A DNA stretch of 44,231 nt from a virus: IMG/VR virus record IMGVR_UViG_3300003830_000002; one strand, given 5' to 3'. A program made the position numbers and the translations under genes. Of the stretch, positions 16,983 to 24,877 are shown one piece after another. Within the stretch, counting starts at the first letter, position 1; each line of letters starts with the position of its first letter. A model generated the notes under the pieces. The model had not been told where the DNA came from and did no database searches. It saw only the letters and a program-made list of their open reading frames with translations.

Positions 16983-19004
16983 CGCATAAAACCCAATATC
17001 TTTTAACATCGCTTCGGCCTTGGACGTGTACCACGCATAGTCGATATCGTCCGGGAATTGCTCCGGCAAGTTCATGCACGGCCGGGCGCCATAGGATAGC
17101 GACACGGTGTTGCCGTTGCTGGCATACACGATGGGGCCGGGCGCTTGGGTGCTGTAATACCAGCGCACCACTTTGCCCAAGTATTCCGGCGTTTGCGGCT
17201 GGAAGCATGTGCCGTAAGCTGTGGTCGCATCCGTCACACTGTCACCCTTGCGCCACTTGCGGCCCTCTTTGACCCAGCCGCACGCCTGCAACGTGCCGAC
17301 CATATCCATGACCCTGGCGCCCTTGCGCGGCCCTTCGCCCCACATTTTCACGCCGCCGCCGTTGACCTTTTGAATGGTCACAAATTTGCGAATGTCCCGG
17401 CATGCTGCAATCGTGTAAAAAATGGGCGTACCCTTCGACAAGAATTCGGCCACGGCGTCCGCGCAAATCTCGACGTCGGGGTTCTTTTTCTCCACTAATC
17501 CGGCTTTGCTGTATTCCCCTTTGCGCTTCACTTCCCCGTCGGTCTTCACGGCAAAATAATTATTCACGTCACGGGAGTAGACCGCCTGATATTCCACTGT
17601 TTCCATTTCCAGCCCCGTGCGCTTTTGCCATTCGGCAATCAGGGCTTCACTCACGGGCACTTTTTCGCGGGGGCACTTGATAACGACGCCGTCGGTGTTC
17701 GCGCTGATAACCGGAATGCCGTAAATTTCGTGCCATTCAATCAGCATCAAAAGGGACAATTGGCCCGTGATTGTTGTTTGAATCAACATGGTCGGCGCAA
17801 ATAGAACGCTGTACGGGCTCCCGGTCTTGCCAAAAGTCCCGTTAATCATAATCTTGCCGCCTTCGTTGCCGACCTTCGCGTCTTCGTATTCTTCACCCTC
17901 AGTGCGTCCGGCTTTCTTCAATTTACCTTGCAACTCTTTGGCGGCTAGGCGTTCGTTTTTGATGGCCTCATATTCCTGCAAAAAGGTTTGCCCAAGTGCT
18001 GGGGGCCATTCGCCAGAATTGAGAATCAACGACGGGTAATAGCTGGCGACGTCATTGTCCCGCAAAACCCAATTTTCGTCGGAGCGGTGGACAATGGTTT
18101 CTTCCCGGCTGTGCAATCCACCAATGCCCACTTTATAGGTCGACTGGTTGATCGTGATAAGCAAACCTTCAAGCTGTGGCGGCATTTCGACCGTACCTTT
18201 TGGCCCCAGCATAAAAACGGATTCGCGCACCAATTCAAGCGCCTTTTGAAGCTGTGGCAAGCCGTAGGAAATAAACGGCGGCACCTTATAACGAAAGCGC
18301 AAATTCCAATCAATTTCCGGCTTAAAAATGCGTTGCCCTGTGGCCTGTTCGCATCGACGCTTCAATACGGCTTCGGCTAGTTGGGCATCCGATTTGCTCC
18401 GCAAGTCAATGCCATAGCGTGCGCTCAGTGCGACCCGCTGATGAATTTGCGGGGCCAGGGCATCAAAGAGGGCTTCAAGGACGGCAAGGTCGTTTTCACA
18501 ATAGGCGTCGACTTCCACAATTTCCGCTTCGGTCACGTAATGGCCTGGGTCATAGGGTAGGTCGCGCATGGTGGGGCAATGGATGCGCCCGGCGTATTGC
18601 TTTTGACTTCCGGCACCTGGCGCCACTTCCATGACGTCGATATGGTCCGAAGGCTTCCATTCAGGCAAGCCCAATTCCCACGGCTTCACCTTTTCAACAA
18701 TGATGCGGTCGTTAAGCCATTTCAATTGCTCCGCGGTGTAGCCGGAGAGGGCCGCGGTAATCATGGGCACGTCGTAATAATTGCCGTTGAAACTAACCGC
18801 GCAAAAGGCGTCGAACAGTAGCCGAATGCGGGCGGCCGTGGCCTGGTCAAACGCTTGACCCGCACGAAGCCGGAAGCCATACGCCTGGCCGCCACGGGGG
18901 CGGAACTTCAACAGCCAATAGTTTGGGAAACATTCGGTATCGTAAAAGGCAACGGGGCGGCTTGCGGTGGCCGGTGGGGGCGGTGGCGGGGCAATTTGCA
19001 TCAT
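16974..19004 (-). CDS. Family B DNA polymerase with 3'-5' exonuclease domain
   Basis: Exo motifs are FYDTE, SFNGNYYDVPM and YCENDLAVL. Polymerase motifs are DNDVASYYPSLI (A), KIMINGTFGKTG (B) and SANTDGVVI (C). ATG 19004 is in an ATGA overlap with the deaminase stop and follows GGGGGA. Confidence 0.8.
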   Translation of the reverse strand: MMQIAPPPPPPATASRPVAFYDTECFPNYWLLKFRPRGGQAYGFRLRAGQAFDQATAARIRLLFDAFCAVSFNGNYYDVPMITAALSGYTAEQLKWLNDRIIVEKVKPWELGLPEWKPSDHIDVMEVAPGAGSQKQYAGRIHCPTMRDLPYDPGHYVTEAEIVEVDAYCENDLAVLEALFDALAPQIHQRVALSARYGIDLRSKSDAQLAEAVLKRRCEQATGQRIFKPEIDWNLRFRYKVPPFISYGLPQLQKALELVRESVFMLGPKGTVEMPPQLEGLLITINQSTYKVGIGGLHSREETIVHRSDENWVLRDNDVASYYPSLILNSGEWPPALGQTFLQEYEAIKNERLAAKELQGKLKKAGRTEGEEYEDAKVGNEGGKIMINGTFGKTGSPYSVLFAPTMLIQTTITGQLSLLMLIEWHEIYGIPVISANTDGVVIKCPREKVPVSEALIAEWQKRTGLEMETVEYQAVYSRDVNNYFAVKTDGEVKRKGEYSKAGLVEKKNPDVEICADAVAEFLSKGTPIFYTIAACRDIRKFVTIQKVNGGGVKMWGEGPRKGARVMDMVGTLQACGWVKEGRKWRKGDSVTDATTAYGTCFQPQTPEYLGKVVRWYYSTQAPGPIVYASNGNTVSLSYGARPCMNLPEQFPDDIDYAWYTSKAEAMLKDIGFYALT

Positions 19005-19432
19005 TCCCCCAGCGCCGTAATTTGCGTGCCGCATTCGTTGAACATCAATTGCGCTTGGTGCATTTCAATTCCCCAGCGTTCAATAAAGTCGACCGGCGGC
19101 AACGGATACACAACGCGGGCAATGCCGCTTTGAATCAGCTTTGCCGCGCACCTGGCGCACGGCGGCCGGGTCACATAAATGGTCATACCCGTGACATTAC
19201 GCCGCGCAAAGAGCAAGGCGTTTTCTTCCGCGTGAATCGTTCGCAGCAATTTGACTTCACGGTCAACCGGGGAATCATCAACGCCTTGCGGAAAGCCATT
19301 GAAGCCAGTCGAAACAATGCGTTTGTCTTGGTCGACAATCACGGCGCCGACCTGGGTCGACGGGTCTTTGCTCCAACTGGCAACAAGCGAAGCCAGCGCA
19401 ATAAAACGGGCATCCCATTTACTCATAATCAA
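19001..19432 (-). CDS. dCMP (deoxycytidylate) deaminase
   Basis: 143 aa with zinc-ligand motifs HAEENA and PCARCA at the usual spacing. Confidence 0.8.
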   Translation of the reverse strand: MIMSKWDARFIALASLVASWSKDPSTQVGAVIVDQDKRIVSTGFNGFPQGVDDSPVDREVKLLRTIHAEENALLFARRNVTGMTIYVTRPPCARCAAKLIQSGIARVVYPLPPVDFIERWGIEMHQAQLMFNECGTQITALGE

Positions 19433-19824
19433 TACTTCTTGCCGTTTTCAAGTTTGCGATTTTCCGGCTTATGGTCCGGCCGTGTGGCATTGAATGCCAG
19501 TTTTTCAGCGATAGCGCCGCCAAGATCAAGACCCAAGGCGCCCGCCAAATCTGCAATGCGAATCACGGCGTCGGCAAGTTCCACTTCAACCATAGGGCGG
19601 TGCGGGAGCTTGTCGTCGGGTAAATTCTTGCGGTGGCCTTCCATGGCTTCGGACACTTCCGAAACAATGAGCATGAGCTTTTCACCCACAACATGGGGCC
19701 GGTCGATAATCGGCGCCCCGGTTTCCAAATCATTCCACCAGCCCGCGGCCACGCTGGCACCGTGGCAAATCCGTACAAGTTCATTGCCGCACGACACGGC
19801 CAATTTGTTGTCGTTCATCTTCAT
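19429..19824 (-). CDS. MazG-like nucleotide pyrophosphohydrolase
   Basis: Motifs LMLIVSEVSEAMEGHR and EVELADAVIRIADLAGALGLDL are typical of MazG-type NTP-PPases. ATG 19824 was chosen because the longer track ORF runs into the upstream hairpin. Confidence 0.7.
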   Translation of the reverse strand: MKMNDNKLAVSCGNELVRICHGASVAAGWWNDLETGAPIIDRPHVVGEKLMLIVSEVSEAMEGHRKNLPDDKLPHRPMVEVELADAVIRIADLAGALGLDLGGAIAEKLAFNATRPDHKPENRKLENGKKY

Positions 19825-19843
19825 TTTGAATTCCAAAAGTGAG

Positions 19844-19870
19844 CCCGGCCCCGAAGGGCCAGGGGTTTGA
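19844..19870 (-). terminator. Possible intrinsic terminator/attenuator between the SSB-like and MazG-like genes
   Basis: A GGCCC-cgaa-GGGCC hairpin, extendable by CCC/GGG with one bulge, is followed on the minus strand by ctcaCTTTTgg. The stem is short and the T-tract weak. Confidence 0.3.
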
Positions 19871-19871
19871 G

Positions 19872-20882
19872 TTAGGCAACCATCAAGCCGTTTGCCACAA
19901 GTTGCGCGTCGTTCCATCCGGCGGCAATGTAGGCTTCATACGTTGCACCATTGGCCGCCGCGGTCATTTGGCGAACCGGCGCCACCGGGGCGGGCGGCGC
20001 TGGCGGGGGAGCCATTGGGGCCGCTGGGGGCGGTACTTGCACGAATATCGGGTTAGGCGTCACCGGAATGGGTGCAGGCATGCCAGGGACGGCCGGGGGC
20101 GCATAGGCGGCAACCGGGGCACCCATGGGCACGCCAGGCAGCACGGGTACACCGGCGGGCATTCCGGGCACTGGCGGCGGCATGTAGCCAGCCGGGGCAC
20201 CTGGGAGCGCCGGAGCGGCTGCAGGGGCTTGAGCCTGTGGCATTGGGATTGCGCCAGCGGGCGGCGTCATGCTTGCGCCAGCGGGCAAGGCCGATTGACC
20301 AAAGCCAGCCGACGACACGTCCGGGCCAAATTGAATTTCCTGACCGTAGGCGCGGAAGCAAACCATGCTGTGATTGAGGTAGACGCCCGGCTGACTGGTC
20401 GAACCGTTGCCGTCGGCGCTGAATGCCACTTCAACGAAATAGCCAGGCTTGCAAAAGTCTTTTTGCATGACTTGCACGTAACCGGCGCCCTCTTGCTGGT
20501 ATACCTTCGGGGCAAAGCCGCCGGAGAATTTCAAAATCCAATGACCGCGCCAACCTTCGTTATCGCAAGGTTTGCGGCCTTTCTTGTTCGGGATTTGTGA
20601 ATCGCCGTCTTCAATCTTCCAAGCGAACGCGGGGGACTGTGCGGCGTTGGGGTGCGCCTGGTTGCCGACGGCCCAAATTTGTTGCCCCCAAGGGGTATGC
20701 GCCCAATGCGGTTCCGCACCCTTCGGAATTGCCAACGCGAAAAAGTAGTTGACGCGGGGCTGGCCTGCATTGGGGCCGGTCTTGACGACCAGCGGTTTGC
20801 CTTCGGCGTCCGTGGTGCTGGGGTCATACAGCGACCCCATGACAATGCGGCCGACCGGGGAAGTGATATTTACTTTTGCCAT
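19872..20882 (-). CDS. ssDNA-binding protein candidate (DUF2815 / T7 gp2.5-like) with Pro/Ala-rich linker and small C-terminal domain
   Basis: 336 aa. The N-terminal 200 aa (AKVNITSPVGRIVMGSLYDP...YFFALAIPKG) resemble DUF2815. The gene sits next to a DUF2800-like nuclease and the polymerase, the usual arrangement for this module. Confidence 0.55.
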   Translation of the reverse strand: MAKVNITSPVGRIVMGSLYDPSTTDAEGKPLVVKTGPNAGQPRVNYFFALAIPKGAEPHWAHTPWGQQIWAVGNQAHPNAAQSPAFAWKIEDGDSQIPNKKGRKPCDNEGWRGHWILKFSGGFAPKVYQQEGAGYVQVMQKDFCKPGYFVEVAFSADGNGSTSQPGVYLNHSMVCFRAYGQEIQFGPDVSSAGFGQSALPAGASMTPPAGAIPMPQAQAPAAAPALPGAPAGYMPPPVPGMPAGVPVLPGVPMGAPVAAYAPPAVPGMPAPIPVTPNPIFVQVPPPAAPMAPPPAPPAPVAPVRQMTAAANGATYEAYIAAGWNDAQLVANGLMVA

Positions 20883-20896
20883 TTGGAAAACTCCTA

Positions 20897-22039
20897 TTAA
20901 GTTGAAGTGCCGAAGACGCGACGCGCATCGGCTGGATTATCGGGAACTAATTTGATCGACCCCAATGGAGTCACACTATAAGCCTTAATGACGGCTTCGT
21001 CAACACCCGACTTAACGGCTTGTTTCGGGGTCTTTACGCCAGGCTTTGAAAGGTCGACGCCCATGAGCGAACCCATAGCCAAAACTTGTTCGACGGGCAT
21101 GGTCCATTGCTGGCGACCGTACCCCTGTTCCACACGATGCCAGGGCACGGAATGACCTTGCCGAATGTACGCCCCCACGGCTTCGCGCATCCCTTCGACG
21201 CGGCTTTGCAACCGTTCTAAGGACCGTTCCAGCATCTTTAATTCAAGGCTTGCGGCCGCTGGCGGCAACTCCACGGGGGACGATTTAACGGCAAATTCGG
21301 CGTCGTAGTAAGCTGCCTTTTGCAAGGCTGGGCACGCATGGCGGCCGGGGCAATCTCCGCACTCCGAATTTGTCACGGCGGGCGGATTTGGAGCCAGGGC
21401 AACGGCCGCCGCGCCGGTCAATAAATTGATGTGGCCGCGAAGTTCCGACGCCATAATTGACCAAGTGCGAACCGGCGAACCCTTGTAAAAGCATCGCGGC
21501 TGAATTACCGTAAAATTAACTTTGCAATGCTGGTCGAACAGGCCCGGACCTTCCCCGAACTTTTCCGCCAGCATATCCACAATGCCCGTGATGTACGCGA
21601 CGCCCTGGTCATTTTCGTATTCATCGACAAAGCGGTGGCCGAATTTGTAGTCGATGACTTCCAGCACCCGCGGCGAAACGGAGAACGCCCAAATATCCGG
21701 CGTGCCCCAGCATTGCGGGTGAATGCGTGAGCAAGCGACCGCCTCTTCCACACGGGGCGCCCCGAAGCGTTCGACGGGCATGCGGGCGCGGACGGTTTCG
21801 ACAACCAGTTCCCCGCCTTCAATCATTTCTTCGGTCACGACCACGCCGTTAGGCGCAATCAAGCCTTCACAAACGATGCGCCCGGCCAGCATTTCGGCAA
21901 AGACCCAATGGGCCGCGTTGCCTTCCATACTCTCCGGCGTGTCCGGTTTCGGGTAAGCCTGATTCATTGCGACCCAAAGGCCGCAACGGCGCCAGGCCGC
22001 CGCCCCGGAAGGCGGCAAGACTGAATGGGCGCCTGACAT
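20897..22039 (-). CDS. DUF2800-like PD-(D/E)XK (Cas4/RecB-like) nuclease
   Basis: The N-terminus SVLPPSGAAAWRRCGLWV...EGNAAHWVFA matches the DUF2800 pattern. A Cys cluster (CGDCPGRHACPAL) lies in the C-terminal part. Confidence 0.65.
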   Translation of the reverse strand: MSGAHSVLPPSGAAAWRRCGLWVAMNQAYPKPDTPESMEGNAAHWVFAEMLAGRIVCEGLIAPNGVVVTEEMIEGGELVVETVRARMPVERFGAPRVEEAVACSRIHPQCWGTPDIWAFSVSPRVLEVIDYKFGHRFVDEYENDQGVAYITGIVDMLAEKFGEGPGLFDQHCKVNFTVIQPRCFYKGSPVRTWSIMASELRGHINLLTGAAAVALAPNPPAVTNSECGDCPGRHACPALQKAAYYDAEFAVKSSPVELPPAAASLELKMLERSLERLQSRVEGMREAVGAYIRQGHSVPWHRVEQGYGRQQWTMPVEQVLAMGSLMGVDLSKPGVKTPKQAVKSGVDEAVIKAYSVTPLGSIKLVPDNPADARRVFGTST

Positions 22040-23097
22040 TATCGGGCCGCAATCATGGCGTCGACCTTGGCGGCAACCTGGGCCACAAGGTCAAGACGGT
22101 TTGCCAAAAGGGGCAGCGCGGGCACGCCAGCGGCGGCGCAGCATTGCGTTATTTCGGCTTGCGTCACCTTGCCCGCCTGGATTGCAGCGGAAGCGCGGCC
22201 CACCAGCCCCACGAATTGGGCGCGGGCGTCTTGCGGCACTTCACCGACCGGAGCGGCCAAAGGCGCGGGCGGCGGTGGGGCAACCGGGGCCACTGGTGCG
22301 GTCGGGGGCGCGGGGACAGCTACGGCCGAAGAGACAACCCCAGCGGTCGGCATTGTCACAGTCGCCGCCTGTGGGGCAGGGATAGGGGCGACCGGAGCCA
22401 AAGGGGCGGCGGGGGCGGCGGGGGCGGCGCCCATAACCTGGCGCAATTCAGCTTCAACCGTGACAACCAGCGCCGGGTCGACGCCGCGTTTCTTGCGCCA
22501 TGTGCCGTCGGCAATCTTGGCTTTGCTTTCGGCATGAATGCGGCCATCCCACGGCAAGCCGGTTTTGTCCAAATCAACGGCGCCGACAGGGCTCCCGGTT
22601 TGGGGTGCAGCAATCGCCGCCGCGGGTGCGGAGTTCGGTGCAGGGGGTACGGGGGCGGTCGGTATCGCGGCAAAAGTAGTCGCCGTCGTATCCGCGGGGG
22701 CAGTCAAGGACGGAGCGGCAACCGCAATAGAGGGGGCAGCGGTTGCCCCAAGGGGCAAAGGGGGCGGGGCGCTCCCGAAGACGGCCGCGGCGTTGGCATC
22801 GCCAGCCGGGGCGCCGAATGCCACGGAAGCGTCGAACTCGCCGCCCTCTTTGGCAAGGTGCGCAATTTCATCATTCAACGCCAGCACGGCGCCGACTGGA
22901 TTTGCTGCAACGGCCGCGGCAACGGCGGTCGGCACGCGAAGGGTTACGGCTTCCGTGTTGTCGTGAATCTCAGCCGCGACGCTGGTGTGGCAAGTGCCGC
23001 CGCACGCCTTGGACGGGTAAGCCAGAATGAAGCCCGCGACGGCTTCGCGTTGTTCCTGAGTCAGCCCGGAAGGGTCGACGGTGATTTGCATGGACAT
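22039..23097 (-). CDS. Ala/Pro-rich low-complexity protein with conserved GLPWDGRIH motif (unknown function)
   Basis: 352 aa and first gene of the minus-strand operon. Short structured islands (N-terminal 60 aa, VDLDKTGLPWDGRIHAESKAKIADGTWRKKRG, C-terminal 60 aa) are separated by A/P tracts. Confidence 0.65.
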   Translation of the reverse strand: MSMQITVDPSGLTQEQREAVAGFILAYPSKACGGTCHTSVAAEIHDNTEAVTLRVPTAVAAAVAANPVGAVLALNDEIAHLAKEGGEFDASVAFGAPAGDANAAAVFGSAPPPLPLGATAAPSIAVAAPSLTAPADTTATTFAAIPTAPVPPAPNSAPAAAIAAPQTGSPVGAVDLDKTGLPWDGRIHAESKAKIADGTWRKKRGVDPALVVTVEAELRQVMGAAPAAPAAPLAPVAPIPAPQAATVTMPTAGVVSSAVAVPAPPTAPVAPVAPPPPAPLAAPVGEVPQDARAQFVGLVGRASAAIQAGKVTQAEITQCCAAAGVPALPLLANRLDLVAQVAAKVDAMIAAR

Positions 23098-23128
23098 GTA
23101 AAAATTCTCCTAAAGTTGAATGCGAGCA

Positions 23129-23157
23129 TTGACCGCGGGGCTATTGTTGCCGATAAT
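23129..23157 (+). promoter_or_regulatory. Sigma70-type promoter TTGACC-N17-GATAAT for the methyltransferase gene
   Basis: Hexamers and the 17-nt spacer were counted by hand. It lies 31 nt upstream of ATG 23188. Confidence 0.5.
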
Positions 23158-23171
23158 GACGCAATCGTCAA
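23143..23171 (-). promoter_or_regulatory. Sigma70-type promoter TTGACG-N17-AACAAT for the minus-strand replication operon
   Basis: The minus strand reads gtgTTGACG attgcgtcattatcggc AACAAT. It physically interleaves with the plus-strand promoter at 23129-23157. Confidence 0.45.
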
Positions 23172-23187
23172 CACGGGTTAAATAAAA

Positions 23188-24411
23188 ATGATATTGAACT
23201 TAGATTGCCGCCACGGTTTGGCAATGCTTCCTGATAACAGCGTCGACGCCATCCTTACCGACCCGCCCTACGAAATCGGATTTATGGGCAACGCCTGGGA
23301 CCGCTCCGGCATCGCCTACGACGTCGCCATGTGGCGCGAAGCCTTGCGGGTCTTGAAGCCCGGCGGCCACATTCTGGCATTCTCCGGGTCGCGCACCTAT
23401 CACCGGATGACATGCGCCATTGAAGACGCCGGGGCGGAAATTCGGGATTCCATCATGTGGGTCTACGGCTCCGGGTTCCCCAAGTCTTTGGACATTTCCA
23501 AGGCGCTGGACAAGCTGGCAGGGGCCGACCGTCAAGTGGTGGGCCAGCAATACCGGGCGGCAACCGGACGCGACGAAGGGTACGGCTTCGGGGAGAGTTT
23601 CGACATTACCGCACCGGCTACCCTGGCCGCGCAAATTTGGGAAGGCTGGGGCACGGCACTAAAGCCAGCGCATGAACCGATTTGCGTAGCCCGCAAGCCG
23701 CTGGCACTGGGCACTGTGGCCGCCAACGTGCTGGCGCATGGTGTGGGCGGGCTCAATATTGACGGCTGCAGGATTGCCATTGACCCAGCGGCGGACGCTT
23801 CCCAGCTTCGCACCATGGCCGTAAGCCAGCATGACGGGGCCGACGGGTGGGGCATGAACACCAGCCGCGCAAATCCGGCCGCCCGTGTGCTGGGTGAGGA
23901 AGGGCGTTGGCCTGCAAATTTCATTCATGACGGGTCGCCGGAAGTGCTGGCAATGTTCCCGCAAGCAACCGGCGCAAAAGCACCAGTGCGGGGCACCGAA
24001 GGAAGCCCGGCCAGCGACGGCCAGGTGGGCAACTTCCGGGAGCGTGTCGCCAGCGCGGAGCCCCGCGGGGACGCTGGAAGCGCCGCCCGGTTTTATCAGC
24101 AATGCGCCTTCACTCAAGACGATTTGGAAGCCGCCTTGTTTCACTATTGCGCGAAGGCCAGCAAGCGCGAAAAGGGCGCCGACAACACCCACCCGACCGT
24201 TAAGCCTATCGCCTTGGGGCGCTACCTGGCCCGCCTCATTTGCCCGCCCGGCGGCACTTTGCTGGACCTGTTCGCCGGGTCGGGTTCGTTTGGCGTTGCT
24301 GCAAAACTAGAGGGCTTCGGCTTCGTCGGCTTTGAGAAAGAAGCCGGGTCGGCAGATATCGCAAACCGCCGCCTAGTGCTGCTTCCCGTTGCCTTCGGTG
24401 CTTGTGCGTAA
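23188..24411 (+). CDS. DNA methyltransferase, N6A/N4C type (DPPY motif IV before motif I; beta-class order), no partner endonuclease seen
   Basis: Motif IV ILTDPPYEIG lies near the N-terminus and motif I FAGSGSFGVAA near the C-terminus; 407 aa. Confidence 0.8.
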   Translation: MILNLDCRHGLAMLPDNSVDAILTDPPYEIGFMGNAWDRSGIAYDVAMWREALRVLKPGGHILAFSGSRTYHRMTCAIEDAGAEIRDSIMWVYGSGFPKSLDISKALDKLAGADRQVVGQQYRAATGRDEGYGFGESFDITAPATLAAQIWEGWGTALKPAHEPICVARKPLALGTVAANVLAHGVGGLNIDGCRIAIDPAADASQLRTMAVSQHDGADGWGMNTSRANPAARVLGEEGRWPANFIHDGSPEVLAMFPQATGAKAPVRGTEGSPASDGQVGNFRERVASAEPRGDAGSAARFYQQCAFTQDDLEAALFHYCAKASKREKGADNTHPTVKPIALGRYLARLICPPGGTLLDLFAGSGSFGVAAKLEGFGFVGFEKEAGSADIANRRLVLLPVAFGACA

Positions 24412-24753
24412 TTTGCTGATGCGTACAAAGTCACCTTTGCCGGGCAACTTGGCTTGCCAAAAGTCCCAGCCGTTCGTCGGCCGGTGTGTGATTTTTCCGG
24501 CGGCGCTGGATACGCTGGTGAACCGTTCGTCCTGTATTTCAATCATGCCGTCTTTCACATGGCCCCAATACGGACGGTCTTTGTACCACGCAAGCAATGC
24601 CGTACCTTCGGGGAAGGTCACGCCTTCCGCAGTCGTCAAGCCTTCGGGCTTGAGCTTCAAGGCTTCGCGCAAAACTTGGTCGGCATTCAGATTACCGAGC
24701 GCCAGGGCTTTGGCGACGTCCGCGCTGATTGTTACTGTCTTAGGCTTGTTCAT
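24373..24753 (-). CDS. Hypothetical protein with DUF4357-like C-terminal motif
   Basis: ATG 24753 follows GGAGA. FTSVSSAAGKITHRPTNGWDFWQAK resembles the SPSAAA..NGW..W signature of DUF4357-type domains. Its 3' end overlaps the methyltransferase 3' end by 39 nt, convergently. Confidence 0.55.
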   Translation of the reverse strand: MNKPKTVTISADVAKALALGNLNADQVLREALKLKPEGLTTAEGVTFPEGTALLAWYKDRPYWGHVKDGMIEIQDERFTSVSSAAGKITHRPTNGWDFWQAKLPGKGDFVRISKLRTSTEGNGKQH

Positions 24754-24791
24754 GCTGGTTTCTCCTGGTGGGTTAGCGTACAATTTCATTA

Positions 24792-24807
24792 TTGACGGCA
24801 TCGTCAA
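24792..24807. promoter_or_regulatory. Inverted repeat TTGACG-gcat-CGTCAA in the divergent region (back-to-back -35-like hexamers)
   Basis: Seen directly. The hexamer matches the -35 used by the other promoters, but I could not find a convincing -10 at 17 +/- 1 nt on either strand. Confidence 0.35.
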
Positions 24808-24825
24808 CAAATTCAAGTCGGAAAA

Positions 24826-24844
24826 TAGATAAATGATTTACCTT
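24826..24844. promoter_or_regulatory. Degenerate copy of the 19-bp operator (TAGATAAAT G ATTTACCTT)
   Basis: The left half-site is perfect and the right half-site has 2 mismatches. It lies 34 nt upstream of the helicase ATG. Confidence 0.4.
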
Positions 24845-24877
24845 TGCGAATTATCAATAAAAAGGAGGGGTCACTAA

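Noticed and set aside
16807-17208. 133-aa minus-strand ORF
   Set aside because: Most of it overlaps the 3' end of the polymerase gene out of frame. The non-overlapping part is better explained by the promoter at 16954-16982 and the 42-aa ORF in a different frame.
21967-23181. 404-aa plus-strand Gly/Arg-rich ORF
   Set aside because: It is the mirror image of the Ala/Pro-rich minus-strand gene (GCN/CCN codons read backwards give Gly/Arg). It would also run through the divergent promoter region.
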